This document shows positions 48,891 through 59,725 of a stretch of DNA of 64,000 nucleotides, piece by piece. This stretch comes from Yuukianura sp. NJ FZ-2021. Taxonomy: Eukaryota. A model generated the notes under the pieces. The model had not been told where the DNA came from and ran no database searches. It worked only from the letters and a program-made list of their open reading frames with translations. Position 1 is the first letter of the stretch; each line of letters begins with the position of its first letter. The stretch is taken from NCBI GenBank assembly GCA_046563655.1, contig CM102284.1:1798001-1862000 (forward strand). Direction: 5' to 3'. The position numbers and the translations under genes were made by a program.

Positions 48891-51432
48891 TTAGCAAGTC
48901 TTGCCAGGCGGAGATGCTTGAGCCATAAGCGTCTCCATTTGGCGCATGAGCCGAGCGTATTGGTCTAACAAGCACTTGTCCTTGGCCAATTGACAGTCGA
49001 GTTTATCCTTTGCCGCCTTCACAGCCTCTTCCGCTTCTCGTGTCAGTTGCGTCTCTTGTAGAAGTTGATCTTTGACCGCCTCAAATTCAGATTCCAGCTT
49101 ATTCTGCTTTTCGGTCATCTTGGCTTGTAGCTTCTGAAACTGACATTCACGAGCTGCTTTAATCTCGTTCAAATGTTTCAACTCTTGTGCTTTTCCTTCT
49201 TGTTCGGCTTTCAGCATGTCCAACTCCATCTTCAAAAGTTCCAACTGCTGGCGTTCGAGCTTCAGCGCCTCAGCTTCTTCTGAAGCTTCCAGTTGAGCTT
49301 CCATTTCCTTCCGAAGTTGTAGCAGTTCGGCCATCATTTCCTTCTGTGCTGCTGACTGACACGGAGATTTTGATTGGCTGCTACCATCCGCCCCTAGCAC
49401 TCCCAGTTTGGTTTCAAGTAGAAGGTTTTGGTTAACAAGTCTTTGGATTTCTTGTAAAAGAGCGGCTTCTTCGCAAGTTTGAGGAACGCATGAGCCGGCA
49501 GGATTTTGTGTGGTTGTGGCTGGAGCGTTTGCGTCGTTTGGACTTTCACTGGTTGTCGATTGGCTGTTAACGTTTTCTGCTGTGCATGGAGCGGCAAGAT
49601 TTTGTTCCGGTGTGGTTGGAGCGTTCGAATCTACCGGTAGAGCGCATGGATCAGCTGAACTTTGATCTGATGTTGCTGTAGCGACCACATTTTGTGCTAG
49701 AATGCATGGATCAGCTGGATTTTGTTCCGTTGTGGTTGGAGCCTTCGCGTTTTCTGCTTCAGCTGTAGTTGGAGGAACGCTTGAACTGCCGTCCGTTGTA
49801 GTTGGACCACTCACATCTTGCTGTGTGCCTGGAGCAACTTGGTTTTCGGCAGTTGTAGTCACAGTGTTTGAATTTTCCGCTTCACCTTCTGCCGATCCTT
49901 CAGCTGACTTTTCAGCTGGCTCACTTTGACCGGAGTTTTCATTTTGCGATGCCTCTCCACCTTCAGCTGAATCTGGGTTTCCACCTTCATCAACCTAGAA
50001 AACAAAGTAAACACTCAGGATTAATTGATCATTAACTAATCGATTAATTTTTAAGTATGTTCATAACTCACCGCAGTAGTTTCAGCAGTATCGGAGGGCA
50101 AATCTGACGATCCATCGTCAGCCGGTTTAACTGCCTCTGAACTTTCGCCTTCTGCAGTTCCGGGTGCTTCTTGTTGTAAATCCTGAGAACCTGATTCTCC
50201 AGTATCTTCGGGCGGAACAGCTAAAGCGGTATCGTCAATGTCTGCTGCTTTTGCATCAGCGTCAGCTTCTGGCGATGATTCTGGATTTTCTGGAAATTCG
50301 GATTCTGGTGCAGGAGCTTCAGCAGTTTCGCTCAAAAGTTCCTTTGTTTCTGTAGTGGGTTCGGCTGTCTCACCACTTTGAGAATCAGCACTTCCAGAAT
50401 CATTTGCTGCAGCTTGAGCTCCTTCAGCTCCAGTAGGAGAATCGTTTGCTTGTGAAGCACCACTCACAGTTGCATCTCCGCCTGATACGGCACTATTCGG
50501 ACTGGACGCTTCATCACTTGCTGGAACGGAACTCGTAAGTCCGTTGTCACCGCCTACAGCACCAGGAGAAGATTCTGGTTTGGAAGTGGCATCACTGGCA
50601 GCCAATGCATTCTGATCAGTGTCGGGTGACACTGAAGCAGGAGGAGATGTCTTAGCCTTATCAAGAGATGCACTGTCGTCAGCAACTGGTGCTGGCAATG
50701 CCAGTGGTGAATTTGCAGCAGGTTCAACTGTTGTCGCTGTGGCTGGAATTTGCCGTTCTTCTGGTGGCGGCAAAATGGCAGCAGCGGTTTTGGCAATCGG
50801 CTGGAGAGACAAACAGCAATTTAAAACTAATGCGGATTGGTAAAATCTAACAACACTTTTTCTAAAAATGAATTTCAAACCGCTGTAACCGGCGCGGATT
50901 TGATTGTGGGTTCTGCCGACAGCATTTCATGAATTTCATCAACTCCTATCTCAGAAATTTCAGCCAATCCTGGTCCGCTCTAGAAGAAAAAACTTTTGTT
51001 TAGTTTCGAAATGAGGGGTATCGACGTCCTGAGAGGTCAAAGGTCATGATTTTGGTCACTCACTTTTGCTAACACATCTTCCGCATTTGAACGGCCCATT
51101 TCGTCCAGGAACTGTTTCCGACGACACTCTGGCGACATACTCCAAGACATTGGGCCATCGTCATTACTTGGTAGCATAGAAGCAAAGTGACAAGAGTCAT
51201 TGACCTTGAGACTTTCGATGGTCGTCAATGTCAACCTCTTTGACGTCGCTTTTTGTTGCGAACATGGCTGTGGCTCTTTGGGTCTCGAGCTGAGGCAAGA
51301 CGGAATTTGGTAGCAGCAGTCACGACCAGGAATACTGGAACGGTTGGCTTGATTTGGCGAAGGTGACAAGCTGCTCCCTCCACGTCGTGTCGTTGGCCCC
51401 GATCGTGTATTAGTCGAAGTCGAACAATGCAT
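48891..51432 (-). CDS. Multi-exon low-complexity (A/S/T/E/P-rich) protein with C-terminal coiled coil; start uncertain
   Basis: Long same-strand ORFs (51037-51468, 50051-50878, 48891-49862) with splice signals between them, internal APTTxEQNxAxPC repeats and an E/K/Q/L heptad tail. Confidence 0.55.
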
Positions 51433-51799
51433 TTTCCACTCCAGAAATTTTGAACTTTCCAATCGCACTTTTTAGTAGAACTTACCTCACTATACTTGAC
51501 TCCACTAAATTTGGATGAAACTGCTGAATTTGAGTGATAATAAAAAACAAAATTCAATTTGCCTGTGTTTGCGCAAATAAACCGTAAACAAACAACATAA
51601 CATGATTGATGGAATCATCGTCCTAGCAACATAATTCCAGTGTCTAACAACACATGGCTAGGCCCAAAACGCTACAAATCTTTGTATCAATTTCTTCAAT
51701 GATATGCACTCGGACTTACAATTCTAATGTTACAAAACAATGATACCTACTTGCTGGGCAAAATGAAAGCATCTAGCCTCATACCCTCCAGCGAAACCA

Positions 51800-51910
51800 A
51801 AAATCCGCAAAAAGCCGGATTTAATGTTTTTAAAATCCGGATTTGGAAGCATCCGAATGTGTCAAAAATCCGGATTTAAATCCGGAAGAAAAATTCGGAT
51901 TTACACCCTA
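51800..51910. repeat. Cluster of AAATCCGGATTT palindromic units ending in GGATTTACACCCTA (probable end of a dispersed repeat)
   Basis: Several aatccgg/ccggattt units; the same ggatttacaccctaaat end occurs at about 55059-55075. Confidence 0.5.
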
Positions 51911-51914
51911 AATG

Positions 51915-52215
51915 TGAATGTGAAGCAAGAATTTAGAGCCGATTCTCGCAACTCTTCAATGAAGTTGTACCATCTTCTGAATTTCGGTTTGAAATTAAAA
52001 AGTGGAGCGTATGAGTTGATTTTATTGGTTTCAATGAAGAACTTAATGATGTTGCCTTCGACAACACCTTTGAAAAACGTGCGAGGAGGGGCGTAGGAGG
52101 GTATTTCTTGTTTGAATATAATGTAATTTGGCGCTGTATCCTTTCGGAATAGAATGTGCGCTGAATTTGTAACTGTTCCGTGTAGTATCGTATATAAAAC
52201 AGTAAATATAGTAAT
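51915..52215 (-). pseudogene. Internally deleted relic copy of the 3' part of the gene at 55162-56625
   Basis: Three collinear blocks match about 55150-55252, 55650-55770 and 55872-55925 (e.g. catcttctgaatttcg.tttgaaattaaaaa and gtgcgaggaggggcgta.gagggtatttcttgtttgaatata). Confidence 0.75.
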
Positions 52216-52241
52216 GTACTAAAATCATTTAATGTAATCCT

Positions 52242-53807
52242 TTAATGCAAACTACTTTTATTATTCCAGTGTAGTTGGCTCCGAGGAAGACAGAGGGCCC
52301 TGTTATGTTCGTCCCACTGAAACGGTTTATTCCTATGAAATTTGGTGAGATCACCAACAAGATGTACCATGGCACACAATCGACAGAAAAAATGTGTTGG
52401 AATAAATTCTCCAGTTCCTTTCCATTCAAAGTACTTGTTGTACTTAGTGTCATCCGAATCCAGGTCCCGTAAGTACTGCGCCAGTGCTATAGGACTAGGG
52501 AAGTTATCTACGTGGATAAACGAATTGGACGGTGCGAATACTTCGTAGTCTCTTGGATGTCCGCCCATTACGACTGGCACAACATCGTTTCTAAAAAAAC
52601 CAAAAGAGGTCAAATTCAGGGTCAAGGTTTTAGAAAAAGTGGACTTACTTGTAAGCATTTTCAAAAAGTTTTTCAGTAATGTAGTCTCTACAGTTTGAGT
52701 TTTCAAAAGACATGTAAAACTTGTAATGCCGCTTCAGTTTCTCAAAACATTCATTGCTTTTGAGAAACCTGGGACAACTCAAAGTTCCACATTTTCCATA
52801 GACATCTATCGGAATGTGTTGCTTGAGTTGATTAACATAATCTGAGCGATTGTTTGGAGCGACGCAGTTGGACATAAAAATGGCTACTAATTTGTCCTTT
52901 CCTTGTGCATAGTTCCTGGGTTGTGGCTGTCCATGGACTGACTGGTTATAGTAGACCCACTTTCCATAAGGAATCATAATGTCAGATCCACTCCAGTAAG
53001 AGGCTAAAATATCATTAGGCCGAACAAGAGACTCTTGAGAATGGAACGGTGACTCCTGAATGTAATACACACGCATAACATTTTCTTTGACAGGAATAGG
53101 CGGCCTCCGATGCATACTACGTACAGCAATCACGGCGTCTATCTCGATGGATTTGAAGTGCGAAAAGTAGTTTCCTGGGCCATCCACAAATTCGCACTTG
53201 TCGTGAATCCCTGGACAGGATTCGCCAAGGTTTTTTGGATTCCAATTCCACCACCCAGCAAACGAATCCAACAGCAATATTTTCTTTTTCTAGAATTCGG
53301 AAAAGTTTAAAGTATTTTTTTGTGAACTGAAAGTGACAGTGTGGGTTTGTTCACCTTTGCTACAGCAGTTGACTTCATAAATAGCATTGCGCTAATTAGT
53401 TGTTCCAGTACCCGATCTTCAGTGACAGCCTGCGCATGGTCCGTGTCAGTTAGCAGGAATTTAGGACGCCACGGTGAATGCCGATCAAAATCAAGATTGT
53501 CTAACCCATGACCAGTAGTAACATAATTTTGCCGTGGTTTTCCAACCAACTTCCAATAAAGGTCAACCAAACTACCGTGTTCCCATTTAGTCTTTAGAGC
53601 CACTTTCTCCTGCTGAACGGTAGTGAAAGGAGCACTAGATTCCAGGTGAAAGGTGCCATCACTGGTGGTCTCATCAGTCCACGAGTTTACTTCGTACAAA
53701 ATGAAGAAATAAGCAAATCCGCTGATTAGACACAGCAAACAAATGTATTTGAAGCTCGCCGTCATGGGTAGGCATTTCGCCATGAATCCAACCATTCCTG
53801 TTTTCAT
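52242..53807 (-). CDS. Alpha-1,3-fucosyltransferase (GT10), FucTA-like, 3 exons
   Basis: Type II TM anchor, QESP, FMSNC, YKFYMSFENSNCRDYITEKLF (GT10 signature), VPVVMG, SFIHVDNF, WKGTGEFIPTHFFCRLC. Confidence 0.92.
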
Positions 53808-54081
53808 TACTCCTTTAAAAGCCCAGCTTCATGCAAATGTAGAGTTGACACTTGGGTACTAAAGAGTTGAATGTTGAAACCATAAGCTGACTTTCATTTA
53901 TACTAATTTAGTCATTAACTACTTAATTGTTTAAGTAGGCATATGTAATTCTCAGGGTCAGGTTATGGGGTTCCATGCCATTGTTTCAAATGAATTGTTA
54001 CAAATCAAATTGCTTAGAAAACCAGATGCTTTCCGTTGTTCCAAATCCAATGCGGTTTTCTTTAATGTAACTTTACTTCCT

Positions 54082-55039
54082 AACTTTCTAGCTTTTTACT
54101 TTTCGGACTAAAAGTGTATTTTCAAAACTTATGCAGAATTTAAAAAATTCCAAAATATTGTTTTTTTCAAACGTCATCACACCTTCGAACTTTCTAGCTT
54201 TCTACTTTTTGGAAAAAAGTGTATTTTCAAAACTTATGCAGAATTTAAAAAATTCCAAAATATTGTTTTTTTCAAACGTCATCACACCTTCGAACTTTCT
54301 AGCTTTCTACTTTTTGGAAAAAAGTGTATTTTCAAAACTTATGCAGAATTTAAAAAATTCCAAAATATTGTTTTTTTCAAACGTCATCACACCTTCGAAC
54401 TTTCTAGCTTTCTACTTTTTGGAAAAAAGTGTATTTTCAAAACTTATGCAGAATTTAAAAAATTCCAAAATATTGTTTTTTTCAAACGTCATCACACCTT
54501 CGAACTTTCTAGCTTTCTACTTTTTGGAAAAAAGTGTATTTTCAAAACTTATGCAGAATTTAAAAAATTCCAAAATATTGTTTTTTTCAAACGTCATCAC
54601 ACCTTCGAACTTTCTAGCTTTCTACTTTTTGGAAAAAAGTGTATTTTCAAAACTTATGCAGAATTTAAAAAATTCCAAAATATTGTTTTTTTCAAACGTC
54701 ATCACACCTTCGAACTTTCTAGCTTTCTACTTTTTGGAAAAAAGTGTATTTTCAAAACTTATGCAGAATTTAAAAAATTCCAAAATATTGTTTTTTTCAA
54801 ACGTCATCACACCTTCGAACTTTCTAGCTTTCTACTTTTTGGAAAAAAGTGTATTTTCAAAACTTATGCAGCATTTAAAAAATTCCAAAATATTGTTTTT
54901 TTCAAACGTCATCACACCTTCGAACTTTCTAGCTTTCTACTTTTTGGAAAAAAGTGTATTTTCAAAACTTATGCAGAATTTAAAAAATTCCAAAATATTG
55001 TTTTTTTTTCAAACGTCATCACACCTTCGAACTTTCTAG
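54082..55039. repeat. Tandem array of about nine near-identical 105-bp units
   Basis: Unit ...cttatgcagaatttaaaaaattccaaaatattgtttttttcaaacgtcatcacaccttcgaactttctagctttctactttttggaaaaaagtgtattttcaaaa with period 105. Confidence 0.97.
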
Positions 55040-55161
55040 TTTTCCGGAACAAAAATTTGGATTTACACCCTAAATTTACAGAAACAGGAGAATAAATGAA
55101 ATGAAATGAAAATGAAAAATAAATGTAGTCCATTGGAGTAATGTCAATGTGAATCAAGAAT

Positions 55162-56625
55162 TTAAACCCGAGTTTCGCCACTTTTCAAGGAATTTGCACC
55201 ATCTTCTGAATTTCGCTTTGAAATTAAAAATTGGAGCGTAGGAGTTGATTTTGAATAATGAAATGGATTATGAAGCGATTTTCCAGATGTTGGTGGAGCT
55301 TTGAAACGCACAAAGTGCAACTGGGCATTGATCTTAGATCGCTTCAAATCCGACATGAATTGAGGTGGTGAATAAGTCCTTTCAGAATTCCAGTGCCCAG
55401 AATCGCTGATTCCTTCGCTGCTGCCAGTTCCAGCTGAACCTGTTGATGGTTTTACCAGAATCAACTTCAAGTTCACCTCAGTGGGAACTTTGTCTGAAAC
55501 GGAGTGAACGTATACGTGTTGTACATGTTTTGATTGATCTGTAACGGCAGCTTCAGCGATGTTGGTGTTTGTTGGTTGTTGGAAAAATTCTGCAGCATGC
55601 GATGCCATTGGTGGATTCCAACCTTGGGACGTCGAGTGACCAAACATCGGTTTCAACGAAGAACTTAATGTTGTGGCGAGGCCTTCGACAACACTTTTGA
55701 AAAAAGTGCGAGGAGGGGCGTATGAGGGTATTTCTTGTTTGAATATATTGTAATTCGGCGGTTTGTATACTGAGTCATTCACTGTCTCATAACTTGGGAG
55801 TTGACCTGCGCCGACGCTGTGGCTGTAAGCATTTGCTTGTTGATATGCTGGAAATTGTGGTCGTTCGTAGTTCGGAACAGAATCTGCGCTGAAAGTGTAA
55901 CTGTTCCTTGTAGGACTTTTATAGATGAAGCGATGATCAGTTTTGTAATGATCTCCAGTATCTAGAGCGGGATATTCAGATTTGTAGCTGTTGTAGGGAA
56001 CAGGTTCAGTATAGAAGTCATGTTCGCGCATGCTCCGAATTCCTTTCCATCTGTTGAATTTGTCGTTACCATCGCCCAGAAATGCATTTTGATACTGCAC
56101 AGGCGCGGATGATTCTAAAGGAACTGAGTGATGTTGAAAATCCGCAATTTCTTGAGACGGACTGTAATCGTATTGGCCGCCATGCGTTCGGGAATATTCA
56201 AAATTTTGCGGGTTTATCGTTTCGTGACCTGGCGCGTTACCAAAATGCTGAGTATTATGTCCATAATCACTTGCAAAATTTTTCCAATCGCTTGAGGCGT
56301 CAGTCCAAGATGACGTTGCATAAGGTACTGTTGGAGAATATGCATTGCTTGAGTATCCATTTCCAGAATAATGTTCATATCCAGGAGAGTTGTAGTGATG
56401 TCTGCTGTAATCGCTGCCAGCCGAAAATGCTTCTGTAGGAAGCAAGTGCTTGCTGCCAAAATGGTGTGATGAAGGTGGTTCTGCATTCAATGGTTGACAT
56501 AGCCAAGTCAGCTTTAAATATAAAAAAAGTGAGTTTTTCTTAGCTTAACAAAAAATGTAAAGTGTACCCAAATTAAAAGAAGAATCTTTTACCAGAATGG
56601 TAGAGAATAGAAGCAGTTTAAACAT
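55162..56625 (-). CDS. Secreted S/Y/H-rich protein with Tweedle/DUF243-like blocks (putative cuticular protein), 2 exons
   Basis: Signal peptide MFKLLLFSTIL|LTWLCQPLNA; C-terminal blocks KHVQHVYVH, NLKLILVKP and QLHFVRFKAP resemble Tweedle blocks I, II and IV. Confidence 0.5.
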
Positions 56626-57109
56626 TTCTAAGCGAACCGAAGGAAGATGAAGTTCAAACAAAATCTAAAAATTAACTAAAACTAAAATGGTGTTGCTCGT
56701 TGAATCGAGAGGTTTTAAACAACCGATTTCACAATTATTAGGAAGAAAGTAATTGAAAAACAGGTTCTAAGACCAATGGTTTACAGAACTTCGAAACAAA
56801 ATTTAGCATACAATAGAATCTTAGAAAGTAAATAGAGATTAGGAATTTTTGCATTTCTGTGTAAAAGAAAATAAAACTTTCCACTGATTTAAAATTTAAT
56901 ATAAACCTAGAGATTTATTCTGCTTTTTCTTTTATAAAATAACTAAGTCCAGTGATTTCTTAAAACAATTTTTTATTATTTAAACAATTTGTATCAATTT
57001 TTTGGTTAGGTTAGGTAATTGGATTCAAATCCGGAAAATCTTTAAGGCTAGACATTAAGCTCACCACGTCTTTGCACATAGTCATCAACACGGACTAAAC
57101 ATGTTTGTC

Positions 57110-57450
57110 CTCCAATGAGAAATGACGTAAAACTTTGACCTAATCAAAAAAACAGATTACTCCAGGTCATGACATCATGCCGAGTCGAGCAGTCCGTGGG
57201 AACACTCGTCATTGGATAGGCGTTAAATCTCTAGCTCGTTAGCAACGGACTAATCTACTTTGTCATCAAATGATGCAAAACATTGACCTCATGATGAATT
57301 GTAAAAACAGATAAGTCCAGGTTATCCTTAAACCGACTGGTCCATTGGAACACTCAAAACACAACGTCATTGGACATGCGTTAAATTTCCAGCCCTTGGT
57401 ATGAAAATAAACAGCCAATGCGTCCTCAAATGACGTAAAACTTTGTTAGT
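57110..57450 (+). repeat. Imperfect ~155-bp tandem duplication upstream of bioA, with two aatgacgtaaaactttg (CRE-like) sites
   Basis: acagattactccagg...ggaacactc...cgtcattgga..gcgttaaat occurs twice; ccaatg...aatgacgtaaaactttg occurs at about 57112 and 57415. Confidence 0.55.
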
Positions 57451-57497
57451 CGTAAACAAACCATTCTTTGGTTACAACAGATTTGCAAGTTCTAAAA

Positions 57498-57580
57498 CTA
57501 TATAAAGAGATCTCCTTTTGTTAGTTGTTAAAAGCATTAAGAGCTTAGTTGTTAAAAGCATTAAGAGCTTAGTTGTTCAA
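57498..57580 (+). promoter_or_regulatory. TATA-like box (tatataaag) followed by a 24-bp direct repeat (about 2.5 copies)
   Basis: ctatataaaga about 150 bp upstream of the bioA ATG, then ttagttgttaaaagcattaagagc repeated. Confidence 0.45.
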
Positions 57581-57652
57581 AAGATTTCCTTGTTAGCAGC
57601 GCTAATCCAGAGATAACTTCTAGTTTCTGAAGTGTTCGTTGATTTAAAAATT

Positions 57653-58993
57653 ATGGAGCATCAAAATAATTCTGAAATTTTGGACAAGTTGGAGGATATT
57701 GATAGGAAATTGGTTTGGCATCCACTAACTCAACAAAAACTAGCTCTCGATCCAATTCCAATTGCAAGAGCCAGTGGATCCTACATTTACGATGTCAACG
57801 GAAAAGCTTACTTGGATCTTGTATCCAGTTGGTGGGTAAACATTCATGGGCATTGCCATCCAGAAATTGCGGAAGCAATTCACAAACAAGCTACAACCTT
57901 GGACCAAGTCACTTTTTCTGGACTAACGCATGAGCCAGCAGTCAAGCTCTGTAAATCTCTGGCTCAAATCTTGCCGCCGCAATTGCAACGCTTCTTTTTC
58001 TCGGATAATGGGTCCACTGCAGTGGAAGTTGCACTCAAAATGGCATATCAATACTGGATCAACACTGAAAAGAAGGAACGACCCATCGTGTTGAGTTTCG
58101 AAGGAGGATTTCATGGTGACACTCTAGGGGCTATGGCTGTTGGGCGTGGTTCTGGATATTTTGAACTTTTTGCAAATCTATTAATGAAATCGCACCAAAT
58201 TCCATTTCCGGCAACTTGGATCGACGATGCAGACGTTGATGAGAAAGAAGCACAAGCGTTGTCTGTTCTAAAAGACTATCTTAATGAAAATGGAAACAAC
58301 GTTTGTGCCATTTTTATGGAACCGTTGGTCCAAGGAGTAAGTGGAATGCGCATGTGCCGGGTTCAATTTCTAGAGCAAGTTGTTCAACTCGTCCGAGAAT
58401 ATTCGATTTTAGTAGTTTTTGATGAAATAGTGACAGGATTTGGTCGAACGGGAACAAATTTTGCACTTGATCAAGTCAAAGAGACATGCCGCCCGGACAT
58501 TCTATGTTTGGCCAAAGCACTCACTGGTGGATTTCTGTCAATGTCATTGACCGTGACAAGTGACAAAATCTATGAAGCGTTTCTTGGAGACGACCTTGCT
58601 TCGACATTTCCGCATGGACATACATACACAGCAAATCCCATTTGTTGTGCAGCAGCGGTCAAAAGTGTGGAAATTTTCAAAAGAGAGAAAACTGCTGATT
58701 CTATTGCAGCAATTCATGAGGCACATTTGGTTGGGTTGAAAGATTTGGAGAAAATCCTGGGGAGTAAAATTTTGCACATGAGAACACTAGGAGTAATTGC
58801 TGCATTTGAAATTTCTCCGGATTGCAAACTTGTTCCTAACGCGGTCTGGGACAGAAGATTTTCCAAGGAAGGACTCAACATGTTCGTTTTCGGATATTCC
58901 ACGGTTTACATTATCCCGCCGTACTGTACTACACCCGAGGAAATACTTGGAGCATATCGCACTATTGCCAAGGTCATAGAAGAATTTGCATAG
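57653..58993 (+). CDS. bioA: BioA-like class III PLP aminotransferase (DAPA synthase family), bacterial type, intronless CDS
   Basis: WHPLTQ, DLVSSWWVNIHGH, FSDNGSTAVEVALKMAYQY, FHGDTLGAM, EPLVQG, FDEIVTGFGRTG, PDILCLAKALTGG (PLP Lys), HGHTYTANP, YIIPPY. Confidence 0.88.
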   Translation: MEHQNNSEILDKLEDIDRKLVWHPLTQQKLALDPIPIARASGSYIYDVNGKAYLDLVSSWWVNIHGHCHPEIAEAIHKQATTLDQVTFSGLTHEPAVKLCKSLAQILPPQLQRFFFSDNGSTAVEVALKMAYQYWINTEKKERPIVLSFEGGFHGDTLGAMAVGRGSGYFELFANLLMKSHQIPFPATWIDDADVDEKEAQALSVLKDYLNENGNNVCAIFMEPLVQGVSGMRMCRVQFLEQVVQLVREYSILVVFDEIVTGFGRTGTNFALDQVKETCRPDILCLAKALTGGFLSMSLTVTSDKIYEAFLGDDLASTFPHGHTYTANPICCAAAVKSVEIFKREKTADSIAAIHEAHLVGLKDLEKILGSKILHMRTLGVIAAFEISPDCKLVPNAVWDRRFSKEGLNMFVFGYSTVYIIPPYCTTPEEILGAYRTIAKVIEEFA

Positions 58994-59725
58994 CAATGTC
59001 GTAAGTGATATTTTGCATTTCTATACAAAATGGATTTTGTTACAATTTACTTCATTAACTATTTATTTTGTTTTTAATTTTTGTTTTGATTTAGATGAGA
59101 ACGATGATATGTAAAGAATTCCAAGAAGCTGACGTTTTGATCCCATTTAGCTTAAAACAGATAACTTCAAACTGAAACTTTAATATTTTAGAAAGTGAGG
59201 AGTAACCTTTGAAATCTTCTGCTCAAAAATTTTTAGTGAAACTACACAAAACAGTTTGAATATTAATTTTTAGGAGCGTAATTCCTGGGAATTTTCGAAA
59301 CTATTGTTCAATAAGTTGTGATTTTCCTTGATGTCCCAAAAGCAATTCACTTGTGTCTTGTGATGTTGAATATCAAGCGTTAAGTATAGTTGTGAGTAGT
59401 GCTTTTATTATTAATTATACATTAGTTATTATAATTATAAATTGTTTATAATTTAACTATCTATCTATTTCCTGAATTTTTTTTGTCTTATTCTCTTTTC
59501 AAGCGGAAATAAAATCAATTCGTAGTCAAATGGTTTTTTTTTAAACTGATCGCAATGATGTCATTGCGTGGGACCAACGGGATTTAGAGTTAATCTGTGA
59601 TGACTTTTTTTTACTACTTTCTTTGTGTAAATCTAAGAAGATAAAGATTAGATTAATTTCATTCTTTTTAAAATGACTTTCGAAAAAGTTAACCGTAGAA
59701 TTTTTCAATGGTTAAAGTCATTAGG

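Noticed and set aside
54131-55039. 302-aa ORF of 35-aa repeats; also considered as a CRISPR-like array
   Set aside because: The ORF arises from a stop-free 105-bp (multiple of 3) satellite. Units are identical with no unique spacers and there are no cas genes.
57632-58993. bioA as an endosymbiont contaminant or operon fragment
   Set aside because: No neighbouring bacterial genes or operon structure, and the flanks are spliced eukaryotic genes. Not fully excluded without read data.
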